Below are positions 31,635-41,022 of a stretch of DNA of 64,000 nt, piece by piece (position 1 is the first letter of the stretch; each line of letters opens with the position of its first letter). This DNA comes from an uncultured Flavobacteriaceae bacterium. GTDB lineage: Bacteria; Bacteroidota; Bacteroidia; Flavobacteriales; Flavobacteriaceae. Location of the stretch: contig CAVXJE010000001.1 in NCBI GenBank assembly GCA_963762065.1, positions 92,191-156,190 of the forward strand, written 5' to 3'. The notes under the pieces are model-generated. The model saw only the letters and a list, made by a program, of their open reading frames with translations, had not been told where the DNA came from and searched no databases. Made by a program: the position numbers and the translations under genes.

Positions 31635-33042
31635 TATGCTCCGGAAAACCAAAATAATCCTTGGCATTGTAATAACAAATATCACTGACTATTTTTCCCA
31701 ACCATTTTTCATCTGCCGGAAGCTCTCCGTTTTGCACATCGTTACCAATTAAATTACACAAAATACGCCTAAAGTATTCATGCCGTGGGAAAGAAAGGAA
31801 ACTTCGCGAATCAGTCAACATACCCACAAAACAACTTAATAATCCCATATTTGAAAGCGTGTTCAATTGTTTTTCCATCCCGTTTTTTTGATCTAAAAAC
31901 CACCAGGCAGCACCATACTGTATTTTTCCTTTTATACTGCCATCGTTGAAATTCCCGGTCATGGTTGCAATTACTTCGTTATCGGCAGGATTTAGATTGT
32001 AGATAATGGTTTTTGCCAACTGATCATTGCTATCCAACTCATTTAAAAAATCACTCAATGCCCTGGCTTGTGAAAAATCCCCGATTGAATCAAAACCAGT
32101 ATCAGGCCCTAAATCAGCAAGTAACCGCTTATTGTTATTTCTAATTGCCCCTAAATGGAATTGCTGGGTCCAGCCCTTTTTGTGATAACATTTACTCAAA
32201 AACAAAAGTGTATTGGCTTTAAAAAAAGAAACCTCGGATGATGAAAGCGCTTTGCCATCCTTCAGTTTCTTGAAAATAGTATTACAATGCAATTCCCCAT
32301 TGCCAAAGTAATACAATTGTTCAAGGCCATGATCTGCTATTCGCGAACCATTGTCATGAAAATAATCGATCCTATTTTCCAAGGCAGACAACAAATCATC
32401 ATAGCTATTAATCGATGATCCAATTACCTCTTCCAAACGTTCTAAATACTTTAAATAAGAAGAGGTATGTTCCACAGCAAATGCTTTATCGGGCCGAAAT
32501 GCAGGATATACACGAATTGTTTTTTTCTTGCCATTAATAACTTTGTGATAACCTAAAGAGTCTATCGGATCATCAGTGGTACATAAGATTTCAACTTTTT
32601 GTTGTTCCAATAATCCAATGGTATGGTGGGCAGGGCTTTGCAACATTGCCGAGGTCTTATCATATATTGCTTCAGCATTGTCGGATGTGAGAAGTTCATC
32701 AATACCAAAATAACTTTGCAATTCCAAATGTGTCCAATGAAAAAGAGGATTACGAATCGTATAAGGAACAGTTTCTGCCCATTTTAAAAACTTTTCCTTA
32801 TCCGTAGCATCACCTGTAATATATTTCTCTTCTATACCTAGAGCACGCATTGCCCGCCATTTATAATGATCCCCGGCCAACCAAACTTGACTAATGCTTT
32901 CAAAAACCCTGTTAGCGGCTATATCTTCTGGCGGTAAGTGATTATGGTAATCAATGATCGGGAGTTTTTTCGCATGATCATGGAACAACTTTTTGGCAAA
33001 ATCATTTTGTAATAGGAAATCATCGGTAATAAAAGTCTTCAT
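31624..33042 (-). CDS. uxaC: Uronate (glucuronate) isomerase
   Basis: [45 protein letters not shown]. Confidence 0.97.
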   Translation of the reverse strand: MKTFITDDFLLQNDFAKKLFHDHAKKLPIIDYHNHLPPEDIAANRVFESISQVWLAGDHYKWRAMRALGIEEKYITGDATDKEKFLKWAETVPYTIRNPLFHWTHLELQSYFGIDELLTSDNAEAIYDKTSAMLQSPAHHTIGLLEQQKVEILCTTDDPIDSLGYHKVINGKKKTIRVYPAFRPDKAFAVEHTSSYLKYLERLEEVIGSSINSYDDLLSALENRIDYFHDNGSRIADHGLEQLYYFGNGELHCNTIFKKLKDGKALSSSEVSFFKANTLLFLSKCYHKKGWTQQFHLGAIRNNNKRLLADLGPDTGFDSIGDFSQARALSDFLNELDSNDQLAKTIIYNLNPADNEVIATMTGNFNDGSIKGKIQYGAAWWFLDQKNGMEKQLNTLSNMGLLSCFVGMLTDSRSFLSFPRHEYFRRILCNLIGNDVQNGELPADEKWLGKIVSDICYYNAKDYFGFPEHISH

Positions 33043-33075
33043 TCAATTGGTTTTACAGGAGCTGATACTATTATT

Positions 33076-33112
33076 AACGGATAACAATTGCTTCAATTCA
33101 ATTGTTACCGTT
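33076..33112. promoter_or_regulatory. Imperfect inverted repeat upstream of uxaC; candidate operator
   Basis: AACGGATAACAATTG-cttcaatt-CAATTGTTACCGTT (14 bp with one bulge). Confidence 0.5.
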
Positions 33113-33195
33113 GATTTATTTAATAAACAATATAATAAAGAAAAATGGCAAAATAGCATTCTAAATTAGGTATCTAAAGAATTTGAAATTATCGC

Positions 33196-33203
33196 TATCT
33201 TTG
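33196..33203 (+). promoter_or_regulatory. -7 promoter element (TATCTTTG) for the His-rich ORF / czcA operon
   Basis: Exact TAnnTTTG 7 nt before the ATG at 33211. Confidence 0.6.
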
Positions 33204-33210
33204 TCTTATA

Positions 33211-33603
33211 ATGGGTAAACTTCTTTCCATAGCCTTGTCTTTTTTAATTCTATTCCAGAGTTTAAATCTGGAATTGGGTGACTTGGCCCATATTGACGAG
33301 CTATTGGAACATGCCGAGTATCATTCTCAAAAGTATGGAGACAATTTCCTGGTTTTTATTTCAAAACATTACGGTGAATTGCAAAAAGAACATAGCCAAG
33401 ACCATCAAGAGGAAAAAAAAGAACATGAAGAACTTCCTTTTAACCATCATTGTTGTTCCCATATTTATACCGATTTTGTATTGAACCATGCTGGGATTCC
33501 ATTGTTAAAGATTGGACCTGTCGCAGACTTGACAGCCAATTTCTATTATTTGGATAATTATTCCTCTTTTGAAAAATTTGATATTTTTCAACCTCCAAAG
33601 TAA
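33211..33603 (+). CDS. His-rich small membrane-anchored protein ending in IFQPPK; candidate leader of the RND operon
   Basis: N-terminal hydrophobic helix; HAEYH, HYG…EHSQDHQEEKKEHEELPFNHHCCSH; C-terminal QPP; 76 nt before czcA. Confidence 0.8.
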   Translation: MGKLLSIALSFLILFQSLNLELGDLAHIDELLEHAEYHSQKYGDNFLVFISKHYGELQKEHSQDHQEEKKEHEELPFNHHCCSHIYTDFVLNHAGIPLLKIGPVADLTANFYYLDNYSSFEKFDIFQPPK

Positions 33604-33679
33604 TTGCATTTCTTTCTTGATTTATTAGATCTGCATCTATTTCGTGCGGATAATTTGTATCACTTACTATTGCAGGATT

Positions 33680-36600
33680 ATGTTATCAAACATCATACGA
33701 TTTAGTATAAAGAATAAGCTATTTGTTCTTTTGCTAACCCTTTTCATCGTTTTCTTTGGGATTTATTCCATGACCCAAATTCCTATTGGCGCAGTACCCG
33801 ATGTTACCAATAATCAGGTACAGGTCATTACCACATCCCAAAATCTATCTACACAGGATATTGAACAGTTTATTACCTATCCAGTAGAATTGGAAATGGC
33901 AAATTTACCTGGGGTAGTTGAAATTAGATCCATCTCCAAATTTGGTCTATCTGTGGTTACAATTGTCTTTGAGGATGATATGGGCACTTACCTACCCCGA
34001 CAGTTGATTGCTGAAAAAATAAAATCGGCAGCGGAAAAAATCCCTGAAGGATTTGGCACTCCAGAGATGGGTCCCATAACCACTGGTTTAGGTGAAATTT
34101 ATCAATACATACTGGATACAAAACCAGGATACCAAGATAAGTATTCGGCTATGGAACTACGGACCATACAGGATTGGATCGTAAAACGTCAATTGTCCGG
34201 TATTCCCGGAGTGGTAGAGGTAAATACTTGGGGTGGACTTTTAAAGCAATATGAAGTTGCTATAAATACCGGGAAACTAAACGCAATGAATATTACCATT
34301 GCCCAAGTTTTCGATGCCTTGGAAAACAACAATGGAGTTGCCGGTGGCGGATATATTGAAAAAACCAACCAAGCCTTCTTTATTCGCGCCGAGGGCTTAA
34401 TTACTTCCTTGGAGGACATTGAAAATATCGTAGTCAAAAATGAAGACGGCATTCCCATTTTCATAAAAAATATAGCCACAGTTGGTTTTGGCAGTGCTAC
34501 TCGCTTTGGCGCAATTACCGGAAATGGAGAAGGTGAAAAAGTACTCGGACAAGTAATGATGCTTAAGGATGCGAATTCGAAAAAGGTAATCGAGGCCGTA
34601 AAGGAGCGTGTGGAATCCATTGCTAAAACATTGCCCGAAGGAGTTTACATCAACCCCTTTTTAGAACGTAGCGAACTGATTGCGAAAACTACTTTTACCG
34701 TTGCAGAAAATCTAATTCTAGGATGTTTGATCGTTATTTTTGTGGTTGTTCTATTATTGGGGAATTTTCGTTCAGGGCTAGTAGTTGCTTCGGTAATACC
34801 CTTATCCCTCTTGTTCACGCTTTCGTTCATGTACCTGTTTGGGGTAGATGCGAATTTAATGAGTTTGGGAGCCATTGACTTTGGGATCATTATCGATGGT
34901 GCTGTGATTATCGTTGAATACATTGCTTTCCAAATTACCTCGAAAAGGCTTGAATTGGGAAAAATGTCCCATACGGATAAAAATTTGGCGAAAGATGAAA
35001 TTACATTCAAAAGTGCTTCAAAAATGATGAACTCTGCCATTTTCGGGCAGCTAATTATTCTCATTGTATTCATCCCAATATTATCATTGAGTGGTGTTGA
35101 AGGAAAAATGTTCAAGCCTATGGCAATGACATTCAGCTTTGCTTTGATTGGTGCGATGCTTTTATGCTTTACGTATGTACCGGTGATCTCATCACTGATA
35201 TTAAAACCAGCCCGAGAATCAGAAAAAAATATATCCGTACGTTTAATGCGATTTCTGAACTTAATGTATGAACCTTCCATTCATTGGGCTTTGGCGAGCA
35301 AGAAATTGGTTCTTGGGATTGCATTATTGCTATTGACAATGTCTATTTTTCTTTTTACCACGATGGGAGGGGAATTTGTACCGACCTTGGATGAGGGCGA
35401 TTTTGTAATTCAGCCTATCTTAAAAACGGGTACTTCTTTAAGTAAAACCATTGAAACAACTACAAGAATTGAAAAGATCTTGTTGAATGAATTTCCTGAA
35501 GTAGAACAAGTAGTTACACGAATCGGTGCAGCTGAAGTGCCTACAGATCCTATGTCTATGGAAGAAACAGATGTAATCATCACCCTTAAACCGAAGAAAG
35601 ATTGGGTAACCGCATCCACTAAAGATGCACTGGCAGATAAATTCAAAGAAGCATTGGCTGTTATTCCAGGTATGGAAGTTGAATTTACACAACCCATTGA
35701 AATGCGTTTTAATGAACTTATTACAGGTGTCAGGGCAGATATCGCCATTAAGATATTTGGTGAAGACCTAGAGGTATTGAACAAAAAAGGAAACGAGATA
35801 AAAAGATTGATTGAAGATATAGAAGGTGCCTCGGATATCAGTGTTGAAAAAATTGCCGGTTTGCCTCAAATGAACATTAAATACAACCGAGCAAAAATTG
35901 CTCGTTATGGTATGAATATCAGCGATTTGAATAAACTTGTTTCAATGGGTTTTGCAGGTGCTAATCTAGGTAGTGTTTTTGAAGGTGAAAAACGTTTTGA
36001 CCTGACCCTAAGACTTGATGAAAATAGCAGAAAGGATATTGATAACATTAAAAACCTTTATGTAGACCTACCTTCAAGTGGTAAAATCCCAATGAGCGAA
36101 TTGGCACAAATATCATACACCAAAGGAGCTGCCAAAATTTCAAGGGATGATACCAAGAGAAGAATAGTTGTAGGTATCAATGTTCGTAACAGGGATTTAC
36201 AATCGGTTGTTAATGATGTTCAAAATAGAATTGAATCCAATATTACACTTCCAGTAGGTTATTCAATTACCTACGGAGGGCAGTTCGAAAATTTACAGAG
36301 CGCCAAAAATCGTTTAAAAATAGCTGTTCCCATTGCTTTGGTCCTAATTTTCTTTTTGCTCTTTTTCGCATTCAAATCGGTGAAAGAGGCTTTAATGATT
36401 TACTCAGCTATACCTTTGGCAGCAGTAGGAGGTGTATTTTTACTTTGGATTCGGGATATGCCTTTTAGCATATCGGCCGGAGTCGGATTCATAGCTCTTT
36501 TTGGTATTGCTGTATTAAACGGAATTGTTTTGATCGAGCATTTTAAGGAATTAAAACATCAGGGTATGCACGATATCGAGGCGCGAATAATTAAAGGTTC

Positions 36601-38011
36601 AAAAGATCGATTGAGAGCGGTATTATTAACCGCTGCTGCTGCTGCCCTGGGTTTTTTACCTATGGCAATATCAACAAATGTCGGTGCTGAAGTACAACGC
36701 CCCTTGGCTACAGTGGTAATAGGAGGGCTTGTAACTGCTACCCTACTTACAATGATAGTACTTCCAGTTTTATACTCGATTTTTGATAGTAAAGTTGAAC
36801 TAAAAAAGGATATGAAAAAGAAAAGTGTGCAAGGTTTATCAATAATACTATTATTTTTTGCAAGCAATATCAATGCACAGGATAATGGATTGAATTTTGA
36901 AGAGGTTCGGGCACTGGCTTTCGAAAATAACGCAGGATTAAAAGCGGCTTCATTGAAAGTGGAAGAGTCCAAAGCCCTTGTAGGTAGTGCCTTCAACTTT
37001 GATAAGGCAGAAGTTTATTATCATTATGACCAAAATAACCTAGCCTTCAATAATGAACCTTTAAAGGTTTTTGGTGTGCAACAAAATATTTTATTTCCAA
37101 CAGTTTATTTCGCCGGAAAACGTGTAAATAAAGCAAGTTTGAATATGGAAAATAGCCGCTTTGAGATGCAAAAACAAATTCTTGAAAGAGAAATTGCCTC
37201 GGCTTATCACGAATTACAATTTGTAAGGGAAAAGGAAAGGGTTTATAGATATTTAGATAGTATTTATTTAAAATTTGCACACGCTTCACAGCGTAGATTC
37301 GAATTGGGCGAAACAAATTATTTAGAAAAAATAACAGCAAATGCCAAGCAGAAAGAATTTCATATCCTTTTTAAACAAGCACAGGAAGAGGTGTTGGTAG
37401 CTTATTCAAAATTGCAAAAGATCGTCCAGACTGAAGAGGACCTTATAATTGCCATTGCCCCCATTCAAAAAATGGAATTAAAAGAAACTGATATCTCCCT
37501 TAATGCGGGGCTTAACCTGTATAACCAAAGAAATGAATGGTTTAAAGCAAAAAGTGGATTAGAAAAACAACAGCTCTTACCAGATATAAGTCTTGACTAT
37601 TTCCAAGGAAGTAACTCTGGGTTGGGCGATAATTTATATGGTTATCAAGTAGGCTTGAAAATTCCTCTTCTCTTTAGTGGAAATGCATCAAAAATCAAAG
37701 CGTCAACTATCGCCAAGGAAATCGCAGTCGAGGAATCGGTTGAATATGCCAATCAATTACAATTAAAAAAGGCACAGCTACTAGGGCTGCTCCATAAATA
37801 CAAAGAGGCCCTTGCCTACTATGAGGTAGACGGACAAAATCTTTCAGAGGAAATACTCAAAACAGCAATCATTAGCTATCAAAATGGGGAATTGGATTTT
37901 TTCCAATACATACAGAGTTTGGAAAATGCCCATAACATTACTCTTTCCTATTTGGAAAACCTCAATAATTATAATCAGACGGTTCTAGCCCTAAATCATC
38001 TTACATTATGA
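33680..38011 (+). CDS. czcA: CusA/CzcA heavy-metal RND transporter fused to a C-terminal TolC-like outer-membrane factor
   Basis: AVPDVTNNQVQV, GAIDFGIIIDGAVIIVE (HME-family TM4), FVPTLDEGD, VQRPLATVVIGG; about 400-aa C-terminal OEP-like domain (LLPDISLDYF, YQVGLKIPL, YQNGELDF). Confidence 0.93.
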   Translation: MLSNIIRFSIKNKLFVLLLTLFIVFFGIYSMTQIPIGAVPDVTNNQVQVITTSQNLSTQDIEQFITYPVELEMANLPGVVEIRSISKFGLSVVTIVFEDDMGTYLPRQLIAEKIKSAAEKIPEGFGTPEMGPITTGLGEIYQYILDTKPGYQDKYSAMELRTIQDWIVKRQLSGIPGVVEVNTWGGLLKQYEVAINTGKLNAMNITIAQVFDALENNNGVAGGGYIEKTNQAFFIRAEGLITSLEDIENIVVKNEDGIPIFIKNIATVGFGSATRFGAITGNGEGEKVLGQVMMLKDANSKKVIEAVKERVESIAKTLPEGVYINPFLERSELIAKTTFTVAENLILGCLIVIFVVVLLLGNFRSGLVVASVIPLSLLFTLSFMYLFGVDANLMSLGAIDFGIIIDGAVIIVEYIAFQITSKRLELGKMSHTDKNLAKDEITFKSASKMMNSAIFGQLIILIVFIPILSLSGVEGKMFKPMAMTFSFALIGAMLLCFTYVPVISSLILKPARESEKNISVRLMRFLNLMYEPSIHWALASKKLVLGIALLLLTMSIFLFTTMGGEFVPTLDEGDFVIQPILKTGTSLSKTIETTTRIEKILLNEFPEVEQVVTRIGAAEVPTDPMSMEETDVIITLKPKKDWVTASTKDALADKFKEALAVIPGMEVEFTQPIEMRFNELITGVRADIAIKIFGEDLEVLNKKGNEIKRLIEDIEGASDISVEKIAGLPQMNIKYNRAKIARYGMNISDLNKLVSMGFAGANLGSVFEGEKRFDLTLRLDENSRKDIDNIKNLYVDLPSSGKIPMSELAQISYTKGAAKISRDDTKRRIVVGINVRNRDLQSVVNDVQNRIESNITLPVGYSITYGGQFENLQSAKNRLKIAVPIALVLIFFLLFFAFKSVKEALMIYSAIPLAAVGGVFLLWIRDMPFSISAGVGFIALFGIAVLNGIVLIEHFKELKHQGMHDIEARIIKGSKDRLRAVLLTAAAAALGFLPMAISTNVGAEVQRPLATVVIGGLVTATLLTMIVLPVLYSIFDSKVELKKDMKKKSVQGLSIILLFFASNINAQDNGLNFEEVRALAFENNAGLKAASLKVEESKALVGSAFNFDKAEVYYHYDQNNLAFNNEPLKVFGVQQNILFPTVYFAGKRVNKASLNMENSRFEMQKQILEREIASAYHELQFVREKERVYRYLDSIYLKFAHASQRRFELGETNYLEKITANAKQKEFHILFKQAQEEVLVAYSKLQKIVQTEEDLIIAIAPIQKMELKETDISLNAGLNLYNQRNEWFKAKSGLEKQQLLPDISLDYFQGSNSGLGDNLYGYQVGLKIPLLFSGNASKIKASTIAKEIAVEESVEYANQLQLKKAQLLGLLHKYKEALAYYEVDGQNLSEEILKTAIISYQNGELDFFQYIQSLENAHNITLSYLENLNNYNQTVLALNHLTL

Positions 38012-39225
38012 AATATTCCAGGATATTATCGGTAAATAGTAATTCAATCCTAAAAAGAAATAAAGCAACATTTATGAAATCATTTCAAAAACTGCCATTC
38101 ATCCTTATAGTTATAGTAGTTATGGCTTGCGGGGATTCTACCAATACTTATGAGACAAAAAATAAAGATGAAGCTCCATCTGATGTAATGTCAATTCAAA
38201 TCACAAAAACCCAATTTGATAACAGTGCTATGCAACTTGGGAAAATAACTGAACAGCCCTTTCCAAAAGTGGTGCAGACAACGGGCATGATAGATGTTCC
38301 TCCCCAAAACAGGGCCGTCATCAGCACTTTCGCTGGAGGTTATGTTCAAAAAACACCTTTGTTAGTTGGGAATAAAGTACGTAAAGGACAGGTCTTGGTA
38401 ACATTGGAAAATCCAGAGTTTGTTGAAATGCAGCAAAACTATCTTGAAAATGCCGAGCAACTGACCTTTTTAAAATCGGAATATGACCGACAAAAAACAT
38501 TAATGGAAGAAAAGATAACCTCACAAAAAAACTTTCTAAAAGCAGAAAGTGATTATAATAGGGCCTTGGCGATGTATAACGGATTAAAAAAGAAATTGCA
38601 AATGCTCAATATTAATACAAAGTCTGTGGAAGAAGGCTTAATTACATCGGTCGTTACACTTTACGCCCCCATTGATGGCAGTGTAACAAAGATGAATGTG
38701 ACCAATGGAGCATATGTTTCGCCAGCAGATGAAATTATGGAAATAATTAATACAGACCATATTCATCTTGAGCTTGCCGTGTTCGAAAAAGATATTCTAA
38801 AGGTAAAGGAAGGTCAAAAAATCCTATTTAAAATCCCAGAAGCTGTTGAAAATTCCTTTGAGGCCGAAGTGCACCTGGTTGGTACCTCTATTGATACAAA
38901 AAACCGGACAGTAAAAGTACATGGGCATTTAGATGATGATAGAAACCATAGCTTTGCCGTAGGAATGTTCGTTGATGCCCAAATAATTACAGAATCTAAA
39001 AAAGAATTGGCATTGCCAAATGACGCTATTGTATCAAGGGATACCAAAAATTTTGTATTAGTAAATGTTGCTGATAATGCTAACAGTTACTCTTTAAATC
39101 AAAAGGAAATAATTGTCGGAGACAGCTTCAATGGATTCACAATGATTAAAAATAAAGATGATTTCAATGAAAATGATTCATTTTTGGTCAAGGGAGCCTT
39201 CAATTTGATACAAGAGGAAAATTAG
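38008..39225 (+). CDS. RND efflux periplasmic adaptor (CzcB/CusB-like)
   Basis: GMIDVPPQ, LYAPIDG, HIHLELAVFEKD, GMFVDAQI. The lipoprotein-like signal (VMAC) suggests a start at 38074; the 38008 start overlaps the czcA stop (ATGA). Confidence 0.92.
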   Translation: MKYSRILSVNSNSILKRNKATFMKSFQKLPFILIVIVVMACGDSTNTYETKNKDEAPSDVMSIQITKTQFDNSAMQLGKITEQPFPKVVQTTGMIDVPPQNRAVISTFAGGYVQKTPLLVGNKVRKGQVLVTLENPEFVEMQQNYLENAEQLTFLKSEYDRQKTLMEEKITSQKNFLKAESDYNRALAMYNGLKKKLQMLNINTKSVEEGLITSVVTLYAPIDGSVTKMNVTNGAYVSPADEIMEIINTDHIHLELAVFEKDILKVKEGQKILFKIPEAVENSFEAEVHLVGTSIDTKNRTVKVHGHLDDDRNHSFAVGMFVDAQIITESKKELALPNDAIVSRDTKNFVLVNVADNANSYSLNQKEIIVGDSFNGFTMIKNKDDFNENDSFLVKGAFNLIQEEN

Positions 39226-39277
39226 AATAAGTTGCTCTATACTTTTATCCCATATTTTAATAACATAACTTGGAAAT

Positions 39278-39709
39278 ATGAAAATATTACAAATTTCAGT
39301 ATTGATCCTTTGCCTTACAGCCTGCAATCCCGGGATTTCTAAAACTGATGACATTGCAGCTATAAAAAATGTACTTAAAGCCCAAGAAAAAGCATGGTCG
39401 AACAATGACATGGTAGGCTTTATGCAGGGGTATCAACAATCCGATTCCATTGCCTATTTTGGTAGTAATGGTGTTACATACGGCTGGGATAATATGTTGG
39501 AACGCTATAAAAAGGCATATCCAACAAAAGAAGATACAGGCGAGCTGAAATTCAAAATAGCGAATATTTCAAAAATTAGTGAAGATGCTTATTGGGTCAT
39601 GGGCGAATACATTTTAACTAGGCAAGTGGGTGATGCCAACGGCACATTTATGATTGTTTTTAAACGCATTAATGGGGAATGGAAAATCGTTGGTGACCAT
39701 TCATGCTGA
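39278..39709 (+). CDS. NTF2-like / DUF4440 lipoprotein
   Basis: Lipobox LTAC; QEKAWS..D..GFM.GY; NGEWKIVGDHS. Confidence 0.85.
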   Translation: MKILQISVLILCLTACNPGISKTDDIAAIKNVLKAQEKAWSNNDMVGFMQGYQQSDSIAYFGSNGVTYGWDNMLERYKKAYPTKEDTGELKFKIANISKISEDAYWVMGEYILTRQVGDANGTFMIVFKRINGEWKIVGDHSC

Positions 39710-39710
39710 T

Positions 39711-40961
39711 TTAAAACTTCCTATCAGGTCTAAAAGCAGATATATCCATTGAGGTTTTTTTACCATCGATAAGTTCGGTAACCAATTTTCCTGTTGCGGG
39801 GCCCAAACTCCAACCCATCATTGCATGGCCCGTGGCAAAAGTTAAATTGACTATTGCACTACTTCTGCCAATATAAGGTAATCCATCAGGTGAAACAGGT
39901 CGCATTCCACTTTGGGCATTGGCTATTTCCTCCAAATTCACCTCAATTTCCGGATAATAGTTTTTGGCGGCGCTAGCAATTGCATGAACACGCTTTTTTT
40001 GAATTATAGTGTTGATACCCGAGAATTCCATTGTTCCCGCAAAACGAGTGAAACCTTTCATTGGAGTAACTGCTACCTTGGCTTCCATAAGAATAGCCGG
40101 GAATGTAATTCCTGTTGGTCTAGGTACATTTATCCGATACCCTTTACCCGCTTGGATTGGTAATTTAACCCCCAATTTTTTGGAAAGTATACCGCTCCAG
40201 GAACCTGCTGCCAAGACCACTTCATCCGCTTTGTACGACCCTTTGGAAGTGATAATTTCATTTATTTTATTGTTGGAAACTGAAATATCAATAACCTCTT
40301 CATTCGTTTTTATCGAGACCCCAACCGTAGTTAGATATTTAACCATTCTTGGCATAAACTCGTTAGGAGTCATATGTGCATCACATTCATAGTGAATGGC
40401 ACCCTTGGCATTGATCTTCACATTTGGTTCAATGGCATCCAGCTGTTGTCTGTTTAGTAATTCAACTTCCAATCCTAAATGCTTGGCTTTTTCAGCGACT
40501 AGCATTTCGTCTTCCCCAGCTTCATCGGTCTTGTAAAGCATCAACAACCCTTTTCTATCCAACTGGAAATCACCCAAATCCCCAGAAGATTTAATATCCT
40601 CGAACAAATCGCGGCTTAGGAGATTTATTTCTTTGATTACAGGGATGGCCATTTCAACATTCTCTTTGGTAGATGCCCTATGAAAATACCAGGACCATTT
40701 AAAGAAGTCCATATCAAAGCGGGGTTTCATATAAAAGGGACTTGCCGAATTGAACATCCATTTGATCCCTTTGGCAATCATTCCTGGCGATGCCAAGGGA
40801 ATAATATGACTAGGCGTTAAATAACCTGCATTGACGAACGAAGCACCAGAAGATAGATCCGATTTATCAATAACCGTTACTTGATGGCCTTCTTTTTGTA
40901 AGAAATAGGCAGAACTCAATCCTATAATCCCGCCTCCAATTATGATGATATCCTTATTCAT
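39711..40961 (-). CDS. FAD-dependent D-amino acid dehydrogenase, probable cis-4-hydroxy-D-proline dehydrogenase
   Basis: IIGGGIIG, ASFVNAG, GMRPVSPDGLP, ATGHAMMGWSLG; last gene of the Hyp operon. Confidence 0.85.
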   Translation of the reverse strand: MNKDIIIIGGGIIGLSSAYFLQKEGHQVTVIDKSDLSSGASFVNAGYLTPSHIIPLASPGMIAKGIKWMFNSASPFYMKPRFDMDFFKWSWYFHRASTKENVEMAIPVIKEINLLSRDLFEDIKSSGDLGDFQLDRKGLLMLYKTDEAGEDEMLVAEKAKHLGLEVELLNRQQLDAIEPNVKINAKGAIHYECDAHMTPNEFMPRMVKYLTTVGVSIKTNEEVIDISVSNNKINEIITSKGSYKADEVVLAAGSWSGILSKKLGVKLPIQAGKGYRINVPRPTGITFPAILMEAKVAVTPMKGFTRFAGTMEFSGINTIIQKKRVHAIASAAKNYYPEIEVNLEEIANAQSGMRPVSPDGLPYIGRSSAIVNLTFATGHAMMGWSLGPATGKLVTELIDGKKTSMDISAFRPDRKF

Positions 40962-41022
40962 AAATTGCCTTAAATTGAAACAGATACTGAAGCAAGTACA
41001 GTATCATTTATTTTCATTGTCA

